This document shows, one piece after another, positions 39,779 through 49,883 of a DNA stretch of 64,000 nt. Location of the stretch: contig CAIYMN010000301.1 in assembly GCA_903927295.1 (NCBI GenBank), forward strand, positions 15,857 through 79,856. The letters run 5' to 3'. The notes beneath the pieces are model-generated. The model was not told the origin of the DNA, searched no databases, and saw nothing but the letters and a program-made list of their open reading frames with translations. How positions within the stretch are numbered: position 1 is the first letter of the stretch; the number at the start of each line of letters is the position of its first letter. The DNA comes from an uncultured beta proteobacterium. GTDB lineage: Bacteria > Pseudomonadota > Gammaproteobacteria > Burkholderiales > Burkholderiaceae_C. Position numbers and translations under genes: made by a program.

Positions 39779-41031
39779 AGAGACTATTCGTCAAGATCCT
39801 CAACGATCAGAGGATGTCGGCCTTTTGCGACCAAGGCGTTGTCTCCGCGAGCAATTTTGTAACCATGCTTATCGTAGCTCGCCAGTTGACCCATGAGGAG
39901 TTTGGACTTTTTTCCCTGGCGATGATGAGCATGCTGTTTCTCGGCAACCTGCACCGGGCCGTCTTTACTCAACCCATGAACATCCTCGGCGCATCGGAGC
40001 TGCAATCTCAATTGGCCGGCCGTATGCTGGCATTGCTCAAGGCGCACTGGTTCGCCATACCGATCGCCTTTGCCGTCCTCGCCGTCGCCTCTTTCTGCTT
40101 CTATCCACAAATGCTGTTGCTCACATCTGTGGCAATCTATGTAGCCAGTTTCTTCCTCCAGGAGATGCTGAGGCGCTACTGGTACACACTAGGGCGTAGC
40201 AGTGATGCGCTGCGCAACGACCTCATCAGCTACGCGGGGCAGGTGGCGCTTTTATTGCTGGTCGCTCTGGTTTGGAAGATCGACGGCTCGATCGCCTTTT
40301 TCATTATGGCTGTCACTTCTATCGTCGCATTCATGGTTGGCCTAAACACACTGGACTTGATTGAATCCGCCGATCACCGTGCGATGCGGTCGGTACTGGT
40401 TGAGCAATGGGGTCTTGCGAAATGGATGCTCCTCACGGTGCTGGCTGTATGGGGCGCGGGCCAGGTTTACCCGTTTCTGATGGCTCCCTTGGGTGCCGTA
40501 GCGGTCGCATCGTTTTCTGCGTGCCGCAACCTCCTCAATGCCCTTGGTGTCGTGATTCAAAGCATCGGCAACTACTTGCCAGCGCAGGCAGCCAAGCTTA
40601 TCCAGAACGGTGGCAAGCAAGCTCTGCGTCGCCACATTTTGCGAACCCTTTCACAGGCTCTGGTTTTGGCCGCGGTCTTTCTGAGTACCATCGAAGTTTT
40701 CGCAGAACCCCTGCTGCATCTGGTGTATGCAGGCCGCTACGACAGTGCTGCTCCTTTGCTCAAAATTCTGGCCTGGGGAACTGTCTCGACTCTAATGGCA
40801 ACCATCATGGGCTGCTACTCACTGGCCATGGAAGATTCCAGATCCGGCTTCTTTGCCAATCTTGGTGCAAGTGCAATCACATTCACAGTCGGCCTCTGGT
40901 TTATCAAGAATCACGGGGCAGACGGTGCAGCCATGGCAACCGCCATCAGCCTCGCGACGGCAGCACTGCTGCAAGGCATACTGGTTCTAGTGCACTTTCG
41001 ACGACTGCCATCAAGGGCGATTCATGCATGA
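39775..41031 (+). CDS. Wzx-like flippase
   Basis: Polytopic membrane protein starting DQGVVSASNF...EFGLF. Confidence 0.78.
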   Translation: MKRLFVKILNDQRMSAFCDQGVVSASNFVTMLIVARQLTHEEFGLFSLAMMSMLFLGNLHRAVFTQPMNILGASELQSQLAGRMLALLKAHWFAIPIAFAVLAVASFCFYPQMLLLTSVAIYVASFFLQEMLRRYWYTLGRSSDALRNDLISYAGQVALLLLVALVWKIDGSIAFFIMAVTSIVAFMVGLNTLDLIESADHRAMRSVLVEQWGLAKWMLLTVLAVWGAGQVYPFLMAPLGAVAVASFSACRNLLNALGVVIQSIGNYLPAQAAKLIQNGGKQALRRHILRTLSQALVLAAVFLSTIEVFAEPLLHLVYAGRYDSAAPLLKILAWGTVSTLMATIMGCYSLAMEDSRSGFFANLGASAITFTVGLWFIKNHGADGAAMATAISLATAALLQGILVLVHFRRLPSRAIHA

Positions 41032-42280
41032 CTCCATGTTGCTAAATAAAACTCGCACAGCGAGTTTGGTCATGACGGATTACGGTTACCTGTTTGCGTT
41101 AGCTCTGGCGCTCTATCTTCCGGTGGACCCATTGAACTGGCAACTCGAGCGCATCACTATCACCAAGCATTTACCGCTGCTCCTCGCCTTGCCGCCCCTG
41201 TTGTTTACCATGGCTGGTGCACGCCTCTTCAATCGCATAGGGATTAGGCCGAGTTCGTTGTCAGGCTTGGGTCCGCTGCTGACCCTCAGTCTATTGATCG
41301 TGGCAGGAGGATCATATGCCCGGGTGCAATTGGACGTTGAAAACACCTTCCTGATTGCGGGTGTCTATATGTGGGCTGCGCCGCTGAGCGCAGCCATGTT
41401 GCTAAGGTGCGGCAATCCAGAGCGCTTGATGCGGATTTACACCGTCTTCCTGATGATCAGTAGCGGAGTTGTATTCCTTGGGCTGGCCGTAAACTACGGC
41501 ACCGGCGAGGTCTACCATGAGTTGGAGTTCCTTGTATTACCGCTGTTAGTCTTTGTGACGCTCCAAGTGAAGCGGCCTTGGCCGCGATGGGGATGGCTTC
41601 TTTTCTTTCTTCTCATTGCCTATCTTTTCAAGAAGAACACCGCCTATTTGACGACCCTGCTTGTTCTCGTCTATCTGCTGATCTTCTTTGCATGGCCCAG
41701 TTGGGCCATGCAGGATGCCTTACAAAAAGTTGGCAAGATCTATGCAATCCTCGCCTTGACTATCGTTCTTGCACTGCTCGCTGCCTTCATCATTGCAAAC
41801 CGGGAAAGCTATCTGCCAACAGGTAATACAGAATTCCGTTTGCGTACCTACGAAATCGCGTGGAACAAATTTCTTGCCTCTCCAGTTTGGGGAACAGGAT
41901 TTACCGGCGCCGCCACCGAAAGATTTACAGGCTTCGATACTGGGGTTGCACGAAACGTTTTGCCCACCCATAGCGACATTCTGGACATCATGGCCAATGG
42001 CGGCTTGATCGGGTTGACACTTTGGCTCTGGGGACTGCTGCGCATAGCGCGCTTGGCCTACGACGCGATATTGAATCCGCGCCAACTCGAGCATCCGCAC
42101 GCACCCTATGCGCACATGCTGGCCTGCATGTCACTGGCTGCCATATTGACCTACGCCTTCAACCCGATCTTTTTGCAACCTGCAAAATCCATGATCCTCT
42201 GGACCAACCTGGGATTCCTGGTTGGCATCGCCCTGTTGGCGAAATCAGAAGCAAAAAAGCCGACTGAAGTTTCGCCATGA
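41024..42280 (+). CDS. Wzy-like polymerase / O-antigen ligase family
   Basis: Polytopic; loop with FR..WNKF..PVWGTG and THSDILD..GGLIG. Confidence 0.78.
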   Translation: MHDSMLLNKTRTASLVMTDYGYLFALALALYLPVDPLNWQLERITITKHLPLLLALPPLLFTMAGARLFNRIGIRPSSLSGLGPLLTLSLLIVAGGSYARVQLDVENTFLIAGVYMWAAPLSAAMLLRCGNPERLMRIYTVFLMISSGVVFLGLAVNYGTGEVYHELEFLVLPLLVFVTLQVKRPWPRWGWLLFFLLIAYLFKKNTAYLTTLLVLVYLLIFFAWPSWAMQDALQKVGKIYAILALTIVLALLAAFIIANRESYLPTGNTEFRLRTYEIAWNKFLASPVWGTGFTGAATERFTGFDTGVARNVLPTHSDILDIMANGGLIGLTLWLWGLLRIARLAYDAILNPRQLEHPHAPYAHMLACMSLAAILTYAFNPIFLQPAKSMILWTNLGFLVGIALLAKSEAKKPTEVSP

Positions 42281-43113
42281 TTTCAGCGTCGCCAAGCATC
42301 TCTCTGGTTACTTGCTCGTATCAACAGGCGCGTTTTCTCGATGCCACCATGCGGTCTGTGTTTGATCAGGCCTACCCAGACCTGCAATATGTCATCGTCG
42401 ATGGCGGATCATGCGATGGTAGTGCCCAGATCATTGCCAACCACGCAGAGTCTCTTGCCTATTGGGTTTCCGAGCCAGACGCCGGCCAAACCGATGCCTT
42501 GATCAAGGGCTTCAATCAGGTGACCGGTGAAGTCTGCGGTTGGCTATGTTCTGATGATTTGTTGCTGCCAGGCGCACTGGCGATCGTCAGCGAGTATTTT
42601 CGTGTCCACCCCGAGGTGGATGCCTTGTACGGCGATAGCATATGGATCGATGCGGAGGGCCAACCCATCCGCGCGAAGAAGGAGATGGATTTTGATCGCT
42701 TTGTTTTTTTGCACGATCACAATTACATTCCCCAGCCATCCATGTTCTGGCGACGGCGCCTGTATGAGACGGTTGGCGGTCTGAACCCGAACTTCAATCT
42801 CGCCATGGATAGTGATCTTTGGGATCGGTTCGCACATCGGACGCGGATAGTTCACCTCCCCCGCTACCTGTCTTGTATGCGCTTCTATCCGGAGCAAAAG
42901 ACGCGAAGCCTGAAACCAAGTGGTCAGGCAGAAGATTTATTGATACGCACACGGTCGAGCCCCCTTGCACGGTTGCCTTGGTTACGGCCAGTTTTGCATG
43001 GCACTGCCCGTCTAAAGCGCTTCATGGGCAAGGCCCTGGCCGGTGGCTACAGTGCACCAGTACCGGATGATCTTCTACCCTGGCTTGAGGCACACGCCAC
43101 TCCCGGCTTGTAG
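42277..43113 (+). CDS. glycosyltransferase family 2
   Basis: VDGGS, SEPDAGQTDA, WLCSDD and PQPSMFWRR. Confidence 0.9.
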   Translation: MISASPSISLVTCSYQQARFLDATMRSVFDQAYPDLQYVIVDGGSCDGSAQIIANHAESLAYWVSEPDAGQTDALIKGFNQVTGEVCGWLCSDDLLLPGALAIVSEYFRVHPEVDALYGDSIWIDAEGQPIRAKKEMDFDRFVFLHDHNYIPQPSMFWRRRLYETVGGLNPNFNLAMDSDLWDRFAHRTRIVHLPRYLSCMRFYPEQKTRSLKPSGQAEDLLIRTRSSPLARLPWLRPVLHGTARLKRFMGKALAGGYSAPVPDDLLPWLEAHATPGL

Positions 43114-43121
43114 TTTTTAAT

Positions 43122-44294
43122 ATGCGAAACAATGAAACAGGTGATGTCGCCATAGCAAACGAAAGACCAGGTAGCCTTCGACCCGGTCCCTTGTGGCTGG
43201 ACTTGAGACACCACCGCAGAATCCTCCTGCCACTGGCCAATCGCGCCGTACAAGAATACTGCCTGCAGTTCTTCATCTGGGCGCGTTGGCACCGCCTCTT
43301 GAGTGGCCTGGGCCTGATGGCGGGTAGATGGTCTGGATTATGGTCCCTATTCTCAAAATTGAACGCGGAACAAATGAGCACCAGTTTTGGTGAGGCCTTG
43401 ACATCGCTAGCCCATCTGCCCCCGACGGATCAGCCCTACCTTGCGTTCTGCATCGGCAGCCCCGGCCCCTATCAAAAGGCGTCGGTCTTGACGGTGTCGG
43501 ATGACGGAACCGGTCAGTCGTTCATCAAACTTGCGCTCCATGCATCTGCCGACCGGACAATCACCAAGGAACAGGTGTGGCTTGAAAAATTAGCGGCAAT
43601 CCCCGCCATGTCGTGCCGTGTTCCGACCCTTCTCCAGACTGGCAACTTGCCTAGCGGTCGCGCGTTTCTGAAAACCAGCGTCTCGCCCACCCTGGGGAAC
43701 CGATCGGATTTCAGCAGGCAACACGAACTCTTCCTTGCGGACTTGGGCCATGTCACCTGTGAATGGCGCAGATACAGTGAAGCTGATGAGGCCGCTTTCA
43801 TTGCCGAGGCACTTGGCAGGCTGACGCCAGTGTTCAGTCACGAACTACACGACGAGTTGACGACTGCCTGGCAAGATGCCCTAGCCTCCTTGGGAGACTG
43901 GTCGGTGCCGCTCGTATTGGCACATCGCGACTTCGCGCCGTGGAACATCCGCTGGCATGAGCAGGGCATCTTTGTTTTTGATTGGGAGTATGCGACAGCA
44001 GGCGCAAATCCGCTGCACGACATTTTCCACTTTCATCTTGTGCAAGATGCGCTATCACGCTGGCGGCGACTCACTCCGGGTACGGCTCACGGCTTGGTAG
44101 TTCGATCTCTGGGGTACGCCCAACGTACTTACCCCGAAGGCAGCTGGAGCAGACCGCAAACAAGTGCCCTGCTCCTGGCCTACCTGCTGTATGTTGTATT
44201 GTTCTACACAGACTCCGGTCAGTTGTTCGACCCTCGTCACCCAATTCTCTCTTCCTACCTGACTTTGATCAGGTCTCGACGGCAATGGATGTAA
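43122..44294 (+). CDS. APH/choline-kinase-fold phosphotransferase
   Basis: Brenner-type HRDFAPWNI and FDWEYA motifs. Confidence 0.78.
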   Translation: MRNNETGDVAIANERPGSLRPGPLWLDLRHHRRILLPLANRAVQEYCLQFFIWARWHRLLSGLGLMAGRWSGLWSLFSKLNAEQMSTSFGEALTSLAHLPPTDQPYLAFCIGSPGPYQKASVLTVSDDGTGQSFIKLALHASADRTITKEQVWLEKLAAIPAMSCRVPTLLQTGNLPSGRAFLKTSVSPTLGNRSDFSRQHELFLADLGHVTCEWRRYSEADEAAFIAEALGRLTPVFSHELHDELTTAWQDALASLGDWSVPLVLAHRDFAPWNIRWHEQGIFVFDWEYATAGANPLHDIFHFHLVQDALSRWRRLTPGTAHGLVVRSLGYAQRTYPEGSWSRPQTSALLLAYLLYVVLFYTDSGQLFDPRHPILSSYLTLIRSRRQWM

Positions 44295-45997
44295 ACGTAA
44301 CCTTCTCTGCCAAGCGATGCACATTCACATGCGTTTGGTCCGCGTTGGTACTTTGGGCTTTGTCTTTCGGTGTTGCCTGCGCATCATTGCGATACGTCTC
44401 GCCCGATCATCCCCAGGCGAGCGACGCTGGTGACGGATCCATCGGCAGGCCGTATCTATCCATCACGGCAGCCATGACACACATGCTACCCGGAGACACG
44501 CTCCGGATAGCGCCTGGTGTGTATCGAGAGTCCATCATCTTCCCAGCGCGTGCATGGTCCAGCGACAAACCAACCAACATCATCGGTTCGGATAGCGGTA
44601 CTGTCACACTGCTGGGAACTGTTCCAGTTGGGGCTTGGGAATCTATCGGAAATGGGCAGTTCATTAGGCGTCGTTGGGCGATCGAACCGCAGCAGGTACT
44701 GGTGAATGGCGTCATGCTGAAACAGCTGGGTGGCACAATTTTCAAGGGCTATCCGGTTCAACCGAACCATGAACTCGCACCTCTGCACAAGTCACAGGGC
44801 GGGATTTGGCCCAGCCGATTGCAGGGAACAAGAACTGACATGCCGCCCGGTAGTTTTCTTTACGATGCAGCGCAACGGGAACTGGTGATCCAGATCGCAT
44901 CCAACACGCTGAGCGACAGCGTGGTGGAGTTGGCAGTACGGCCTTACCTCGTGCAAGGCCAGAATGTATCTGGCGTCTCCATCAGCAATATCCGATTCCA
45001 GTTTTCCAACACCACCACTACCAGTCGCCAGGCAGCCGTGACCCTGGTAGGAAGCGGAAATACCTTGGACGGCCTGATCATTGAGGATGCAGACGGTGTC
45101 GGCATTGAGGTCTCTGGCGATGAAAACGTTGTCCGTAACTGCCGCGTAACCCGTTCGGGCTTCCTCGGCGTCAAGGCTCGCGGGCGGAATGTCCTGATCG
45201 AGAACAACGAAATAAGTTTCAACAACACCCGTCGTTTCAACAAGTGGTGGGAAGCAGGTGGAATGAAGTTTGTCGGTGGCGGGGGTCTGCAGTCTTCAAG
45301 GATAAGCAACAACCGAGTACATCACAACTACGGGGATGGCATCTGGTTCGACTGGGGAAATCATGGAAATCGCGTTGACCACAACCTGTCCGCGTACAAC
45401 GAAGGCTTCGGCATCCAATACGAAGCTAGCTCTGGCGGGCAGTTTCTCGATAACGAGGTATTTGGCAATCGCCAGCGGGGAATCTATCTGACTCACAGCA
45501 GGGACTCAATCGTCGCCCACAATCTGGTTGTTGCCAACAGCCTGGACGGCATTGCGGTGATCGACGAGCAGCGCTCAGACCCCAACGGTATTCTGGATCT
45601 ACGACCCCGTGGCAACAAGGTATTCGCAAACCTTGTTGCCTGGAACGGGGCGGCTGCATTGATCCTTCCGGGTGCGGAATATGGCAATCGATCAGATGCC
45701 AATTTGTACCTCCAAGACAAGGACAGCACGTATTTCTCAATGGGCTGGCCGAGGTCAATGTTTGATAAGAGACGCTTCAGCGACTGGCAGACCAAAGAGA
45801 GACAAGATCAAGCGTCCAGACTGATCAGCACAGCCATGCCGGACAAAATCAAGACTGGGTTAGCGCAGGAAGATCTTGCCATTGAATGGAAATTGATTGC
45901 CGCAACCATAAACCAGTTCAAGGTTCCCGTCGATTCGCTGCAGACGTTTTTGCCAACCGGTCTTGACTTGAATACCCAAGTTGGTCCACGCCGATGA
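44285..45997 (+). CDS. secreted right-handed parallel beta-helix protein (possible polysaccharide lyase/hydrolase)
   Basis: Signal peptide from ATG 44285, SDAGDGSIGRPY..PGD..PGVYRE, Asn-rich repeats (HHNYGDGIWFD). Confidence 0.78.
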   Translation: MDVNVTFSAKRCTFTCVWSALVLWALSFGVACASLRYVSPDHPQASDAGDGSIGRPYLSITAAMTHMLPGDTLRIAPGVYRESIIFPARAWSSDKPTNIIGSDSGTVTLLGTVPVGAWESIGNGQFIRRRWAIEPQQVLVNGVMLKQLGGTIFKGYPVQPNHELAPLHKSQGGIWPSRLQGTRTDMPPGSFLYDAAQRELVIQIASNTLSDSVVELAVRPYLVQGQNVSGVSISNIRFQFSNTTTTSRQAAVTLVGSGNTLDGLIIEDADGVGIEVSGDENVVRNCRVTRSGFLGVKARGRNVLIENNEISFNNTRRFNKWWEAGGMKFVGGGGLQSSRISNNRVHHNYGDGIWFDWGNHGNRVDHNLSAYNEGFGIQYEASSGGQFLDNEVFGNRQRGIYLTHSRDSIVAHNLVVANSLDGIAVIDEQRSDPNGILDLRPRGNKVFANLVAWNGAAALILPGAEYGNRSDANLYLQDKDSTYFSMGWPRSMFDKRRFSDWQTKERQDQASRLISTAMPDKIKTGLAQEDLAIEWKLIAATINQFKVPVDSLQTFLPTGLDLNTQVGPRR

Positions 45998-47181
45998 AGT
46001 TCAGAATTCTCTTCGTGCACAACGCCTACCAGCAGCACGGCGGCGAGGACTCGGTGGTGGACTCAGAGATAGATATGCTGCGCAGCCACGGTCATCCGGT
46101 AGAAAGCTATCTTCGACACAATGACGATATCCCCGATTTGTCGCGCCTGCATCTGGCGTATCAGACGCTCTGGTCTGCCCGCACGGTTGATGAAGTTAGC
46201 GCACTAATCGGTTCGTTCCAGCCTGATGTGATCCATGCGCACAACACGTTTCCGTTGATCTCACCCTCGCTTTACTGGGCAGCGTCGCGCGCTCGTGTCC
46301 CAATAGTGCAGACACTACACAACTTTCGTCTGCTCTGCCCGCAGGCGATGCTGCTACGTAATGGTCGGGTATGCGAAGATTGCTTGGGACACTTGCCGTG
46401 GCGTGGTGTAACGCGCCGCTGCTACCGCACTTCTGCCAGCCAGTCAGCGGTGCTAGCGGCGATGCTGACACTACATCGCGTCCTGGGCACCAATGCCACA
46501 AAGGTGACACGGTTTATCGCGCTGAACAGTTTTTGCCGGGAGAAGTTCATTGCCGGCGGCCTCCCGGCACACAAGGTCGTTGTCAAACCAAATTTTGTTG
46601 ACTGGCCCTACGTTCCTACCGGACGCATCGAGAGTGTAGAAACAAGTGAAACTCGACCCTTCCTGTTCGTCGGTCGCTTGTCGCCTGAGAAGGGGGTCGA
46701 TGTGCTAAGCCAAGCCTTGCACCGGGCGCCTTACGTCCAACTGCGCGTGGCCGGCGAAGGATTTGATGCACCGCATCTGCATGGTCAACACGGCGTCACG
46801 ATGTTGGGCGCTCTGGCCAGTGAACAGGTGCGTACCGAAATGAGTAGCGCTATCGCACTGGTATTGCCAAGTATTTGGTACGAAAACTTCCCACGGACAC
46901 TTGTCGAAGCGTTTGCTTGTGGCTTGCCAGTCATCGCGAGCCGCTTGGGCGCTATGGCAGAGTTGATCGAGGATGGCCGGACTGGCCTGTTGTTCACGCC
47001 TGGCGATGCTGCTGACCTGGCAAGCAAGATGGCATGGGCACAGGCGCATCCCGACGAGATGCGCACCATGGGTGGACGCGCTCGCCAAGAATACGAAGCG
47101 AAATACACGCCGGAGACCAACTACCGGCAATTGTTAGCGATCTATGACGACGCAATTGCTGCCGTCAAGGCAGAATCCTGA
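45994..47181 (+). CDS. glycosyltransferase family 4
   Basis: HNAYQQHGGED, GRLSPEKG and ENFPRTLVEA. Confidence 0.9.
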   Translation: MKFRILFVHNAYQQHGGEDSVVDSEIDMLRSHGHPVESYLRHNDDIPDLSRLHLAYQTLWSARTVDEVSALIGSFQPDVIHAHNTFPLISPSLYWAASRARVPIVQTLHNFRLLCPQAMLLRNGRVCEDCLGHLPWRGVTRRCYRTSASQSAVLAAMLTLHRVLGTNATKVTRFIALNSFCREKFIAGGLPAHKVVVKPNFVDWPYVPTGRIESVETSETRPFLFVGRLSPEKGVDVLSQALHRAPYVQLRVAGEGFDAPHLHGQHGVTMLGALASEQVRTEMSSAIALVLPSIWYENFPRTLVEAFACGLPVIASRLGAMAELIEDGRTGLLFTPGDAADLASKMAWAQAHPDEMRTMGGRARQEYEAKYTPETNYRQLLAIYDDAIAAVKAES

Positions 47182-47198
47182 CCGGAACGCCATAAAAA

Positions 47199-48767
47199 AT
47201 GCAGCAACTACTTGACTTGCACATCAGACAAACCCGACGCGTGCTCGGAGTGCCGGTTGACGCGCTTAGCCTGGATCAGGCGCTAACCTCCATCATGAGT
47301 TGGGCACATGCCAGAGACAGCAGGTATGTTGTGCTTGCCAACGCTCATGTCGTAGTCACGGCATCACACGACGCAGAATTTGGTGATGCTGTGGCTGCCG
47401 CCGATATGGCTACACCAGACGGTGCACCCGTGGCATGGATGCTTGCCAGGCTAGGTGGCAGCAAGCAGGAGCGCATATCCGGACCGGACCTGACGTGGGC
47501 GTTGCTTGAGCGCTGTGAACGCGAACATGTGTCGGTGTATTTTTTTGGTGGCTCCGAGAAAGCGCTTGCACTTCTTGTGGCGCGTGTCAATGCCGCGTTC
47601 CCGTCCTTGTTGGTGGCAGGGTTTGAGTCACCCCCCTTCAGGCCCATGACCGCACAGGAAGATGCGGCAGTTGTGCAGCGCTTCAACGACAGCGGCGCTG
47701 GCTTGGCGTTCATTGGCTTGGGATGCCCAAAGCAAGAACTCTGGATGCAACTACACCGCGACAAGGTGAAAGCAGTGATGCTGGGCGTTGGGGCTGCATT
47801 CGATTTTCATGCTGGCACCTTGCGACGGGCGCCTCGGTGGATGCGCGATCACGGCCTGGAATGGCTGCATCGGCTGGCAAGAGAACCGCGTCGCTTGTGG
47901 CGACGGTATCTGATCACCAACACGCTGTTTATCTTGCGCTCAATGCGACAGTTGGCGATGCACTACACAGTGCACCCGAGGCATGAGGATCGTTGCTTAG
48001 CAGACAAGGTAACCATATTCGGCATGACCGCAGACAATGTGGATATGGCGGGAGCAGTTGGTCGCGTTGAAAAGCTGCTTGTCCAGAACGATCAATTGTG
48101 CCGTTTCGTAGTTACTGCCAACGTTGATCACGTTGTGACGCTGGATGCATCACCGGAATTCCGGGATGCCTACGATCACGCAGCCATTGTGCTCATCGAC
48201 GGGAATCCAATAGTCTGGGCGTCACGTCTGTTGCGTGTTCCGTTGCAAGGCACTGTACCTGGCAGCGACTTGGTTCCAGCGATCTTTGATCACGTCAGTA
48301 CAGGCTGGGATTCACCACTGGCCATCTATCTGCTGGGCGCAGGTCCCAATGTTGCAGAGCGGGCCAAAGTTGTTATTGAAAAGACTTGGGCCAAGGTCCG
48401 CGTCGTGGGCCTGTACAGTCCGGCGCTCGGCTTTGAAAAGGATGACGACGAGTGTCTGCGAATCTGTGACCACATCAACAATTCTGGTGCTGCACTTCTG
48501 GTAATAGGATTGGGGGCCCCTAAGCAGGAACTTTGGGTACACAAGTATGCTGCAAAACTTCATGTCAACGTTGCGTTGTGTGCTGGTGCAACGATAGATT
48601 TTCTTGCTGGAGAAAAGAAAAGGGCGCCAATCTGGATGCGACGCTGGGGGCTGGAGTGGTTTCACAGAATGTGTTCTGAGCCAAGGCGGCTGACGCGTCG
48701 CTACGCGCGCGATGCGATTGTTTTTCCAAGGCTTGTCCTTCGGGAACTCATGCGCAAGAAAAAATAG
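47199..48767 (+). CDS. tandem two-domain WecB/TagA/CpsF (GT26) glycosyltransferase
   Basis: Two full repeats: GLGCPKQE..LEWLHRL..EPRRL and GLGAPKQE..LEWFHRM..EPRRL. Confidence 0.88.
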   Translation: MQQLLDLHIRQTRRVLGVPVDALSLDQALTSIMSWAHARDSRYVVLANAHVVVTASHDAEFGDAVAAADMATPDGAPVAWMLARLGGSKQERISGPDLTWALLERCEREHVSVYFFGGSEKALALLVARVNAAFPSLLVAGFESPPFRPMTAQEDAAVVQRFNDSGAGLAFIGLGCPKQELWMQLHRDKVKAVMLGVGAAFDFHAGTLRRAPRWMRDHGLEWLHRLAREPRRLWRRYLITNTLFILRSMRQLAMHYTVHPRHEDRCLADKVTIFGMTADNVDMAGAVGRVEKLLVQNDQLCRFVVTANVDHVVTLDASPEFRDAYDHAAIVLIDGNPIVWASRLLRVPLQGTVPGSDLVPAIFDHVSTGWDSPLAIYLLGAGPNVAERAKVVIEKTWAKVRVVGLYSPALGFEKDDDECLRICDHINNSGAALLVIGLGAPKQELWVHKYAAKLHVNVALCAGATIDFLAGEKKRAPIWMRRWGLEWFHRMCSEPRRLTRRYARDAIVFPRLVLRELMRKKK

Positions 48768-48770
48768 TGT

Positions 48771-49856
48771 ATGAAACTTTCAGTGATCGATGCCAGCGAA
48801 CTGGATGCCTCGTTGACAGAGCGGTGGAAGCATATACAAGGTGGCTGCCAGACCTTGCGCAGCCCTTTCTACTGTCCTGAGTTCACGAAACTTGTTGCCG
48901 GTACCGGCCGTGTTGTCAGGGTCGCAATTGTCGAATCTGATGGTGTCATCAAGGGTTTCTTTCCCCACGAAAGGGACAGTTGGGGAAGGCTGAAACCTGT
49001 TGGCGGCTCACTTAACGACTACCACGGATTGATTGCCGGTTCTTGTCCGGAGTTGGAAGCCTCGCCTCTGCTTAAAGCGTGTGGTGCCATCTATTTTGGA
49101 TTCAACCACGTTCCACTGACACAAGCCGTGTTTTCCCCCCATGTGCGCTTTCACAGTGCCTCACCGGTCATGGAGTTGCAAGGCGGCTGGGACGCCTACG
49201 TGCGCAGACTTGCTGCGGTTCAAAATACCGAGGCGCCAGGAATTTTGTCGACCATAAGGGCTTCATCAAGACGCATCGAGCGTGACATTGGCCCTTTGCG
49301 ATTTGAGATGCACGAGCGTAGTTCAGGAATCCTTGAACGGCTTATGCAGATCAAATCCGGGCAGTGGACTCGCACAGTCGGTTCTTCACATGATCCATTT
49401 TCTGTTCCCTGGATTCGTCAATTGCTGGTGAATTGTTTCGAGACGGAGCGAACCGATTTCAGAGGCTGCTTGTCTTCGCTATACGGTGGTGACAAGTTGA
49501 TTGCCTGCCACTTCGGTCTTCGCACTGCAGGGACATTACATTATTGGTTTCCGGTCTATGATCCAGCTTACGCCCGATACCAGCCAGGTTTGATCTTGCT
49601 GAAATCGATCGCGGAGAGCGGGTGTAGTGAGGGACTGGACCTGATTGATTTGGGCCGAGGCACTGCACAGTACAAAATGCGATTCAAGACGCAAGCCATC
49701 GCGTTGGGTGAAGGTGCGGTGTCAAGGCCGACTGTCATAGCGCAGGCGGCAATGACTGCCAAGGCGGCAAGGATTGCACTCAAGACAAATCCAGTTGCAG
49801 TCCGACTCCGTCACTGGTTGGTTTCTCGCCGGAACCGTGTTAACGATGGCATTTGA
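48771..49856 (+). CDS. GNAT family acyltransferase, CelD/BcsL-like
   Basis: SPFYCPEF, LNDYHG, YDPAYARYQPG and DLGRG..YK. Confidence 0.78.
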   Translation: MKLSVIDASELDASLTERWKHIQGGCQTLRSPFYCPEFTKLVAGTGRVVRVAIVESDGVIKGFFPHERDSWGRLKPVGGSLNDYHGLIAGSCPELEASPLLKACGAIYFGFNHVPLTQAVFSPHVRFHSASPVMELQGGWDAYVRRLAAVQNTEAPGILSTIRASSRRIERDIGPLRFEMHERSSGILERLMQIKSGQWTRTVGSSHDPFSVPWIRQLLVNCFETERTDFRGCLSSLYGGDKLIACHFGLRTAGTLHYWFPVYDPAYARYQPGLILLKSIAESGCSEGLDLIDLGRGTAQYKMRFKTQAIALGEGAVSRPTVIAQAAMTAKAARIALKTNPVAVRLRHWLVSRRNRVNDGI

Positions 49857-49883
49857 AAAGTGCCTTTAGTCTGTGGGCTGAAC

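Noticed and set aside
43982-44284. 101-aa N-terminal extension of the beta-helix ORF
   Set aside because: Overlaps the phosphotransferase gene; ATG 44285 gives a signal peptide
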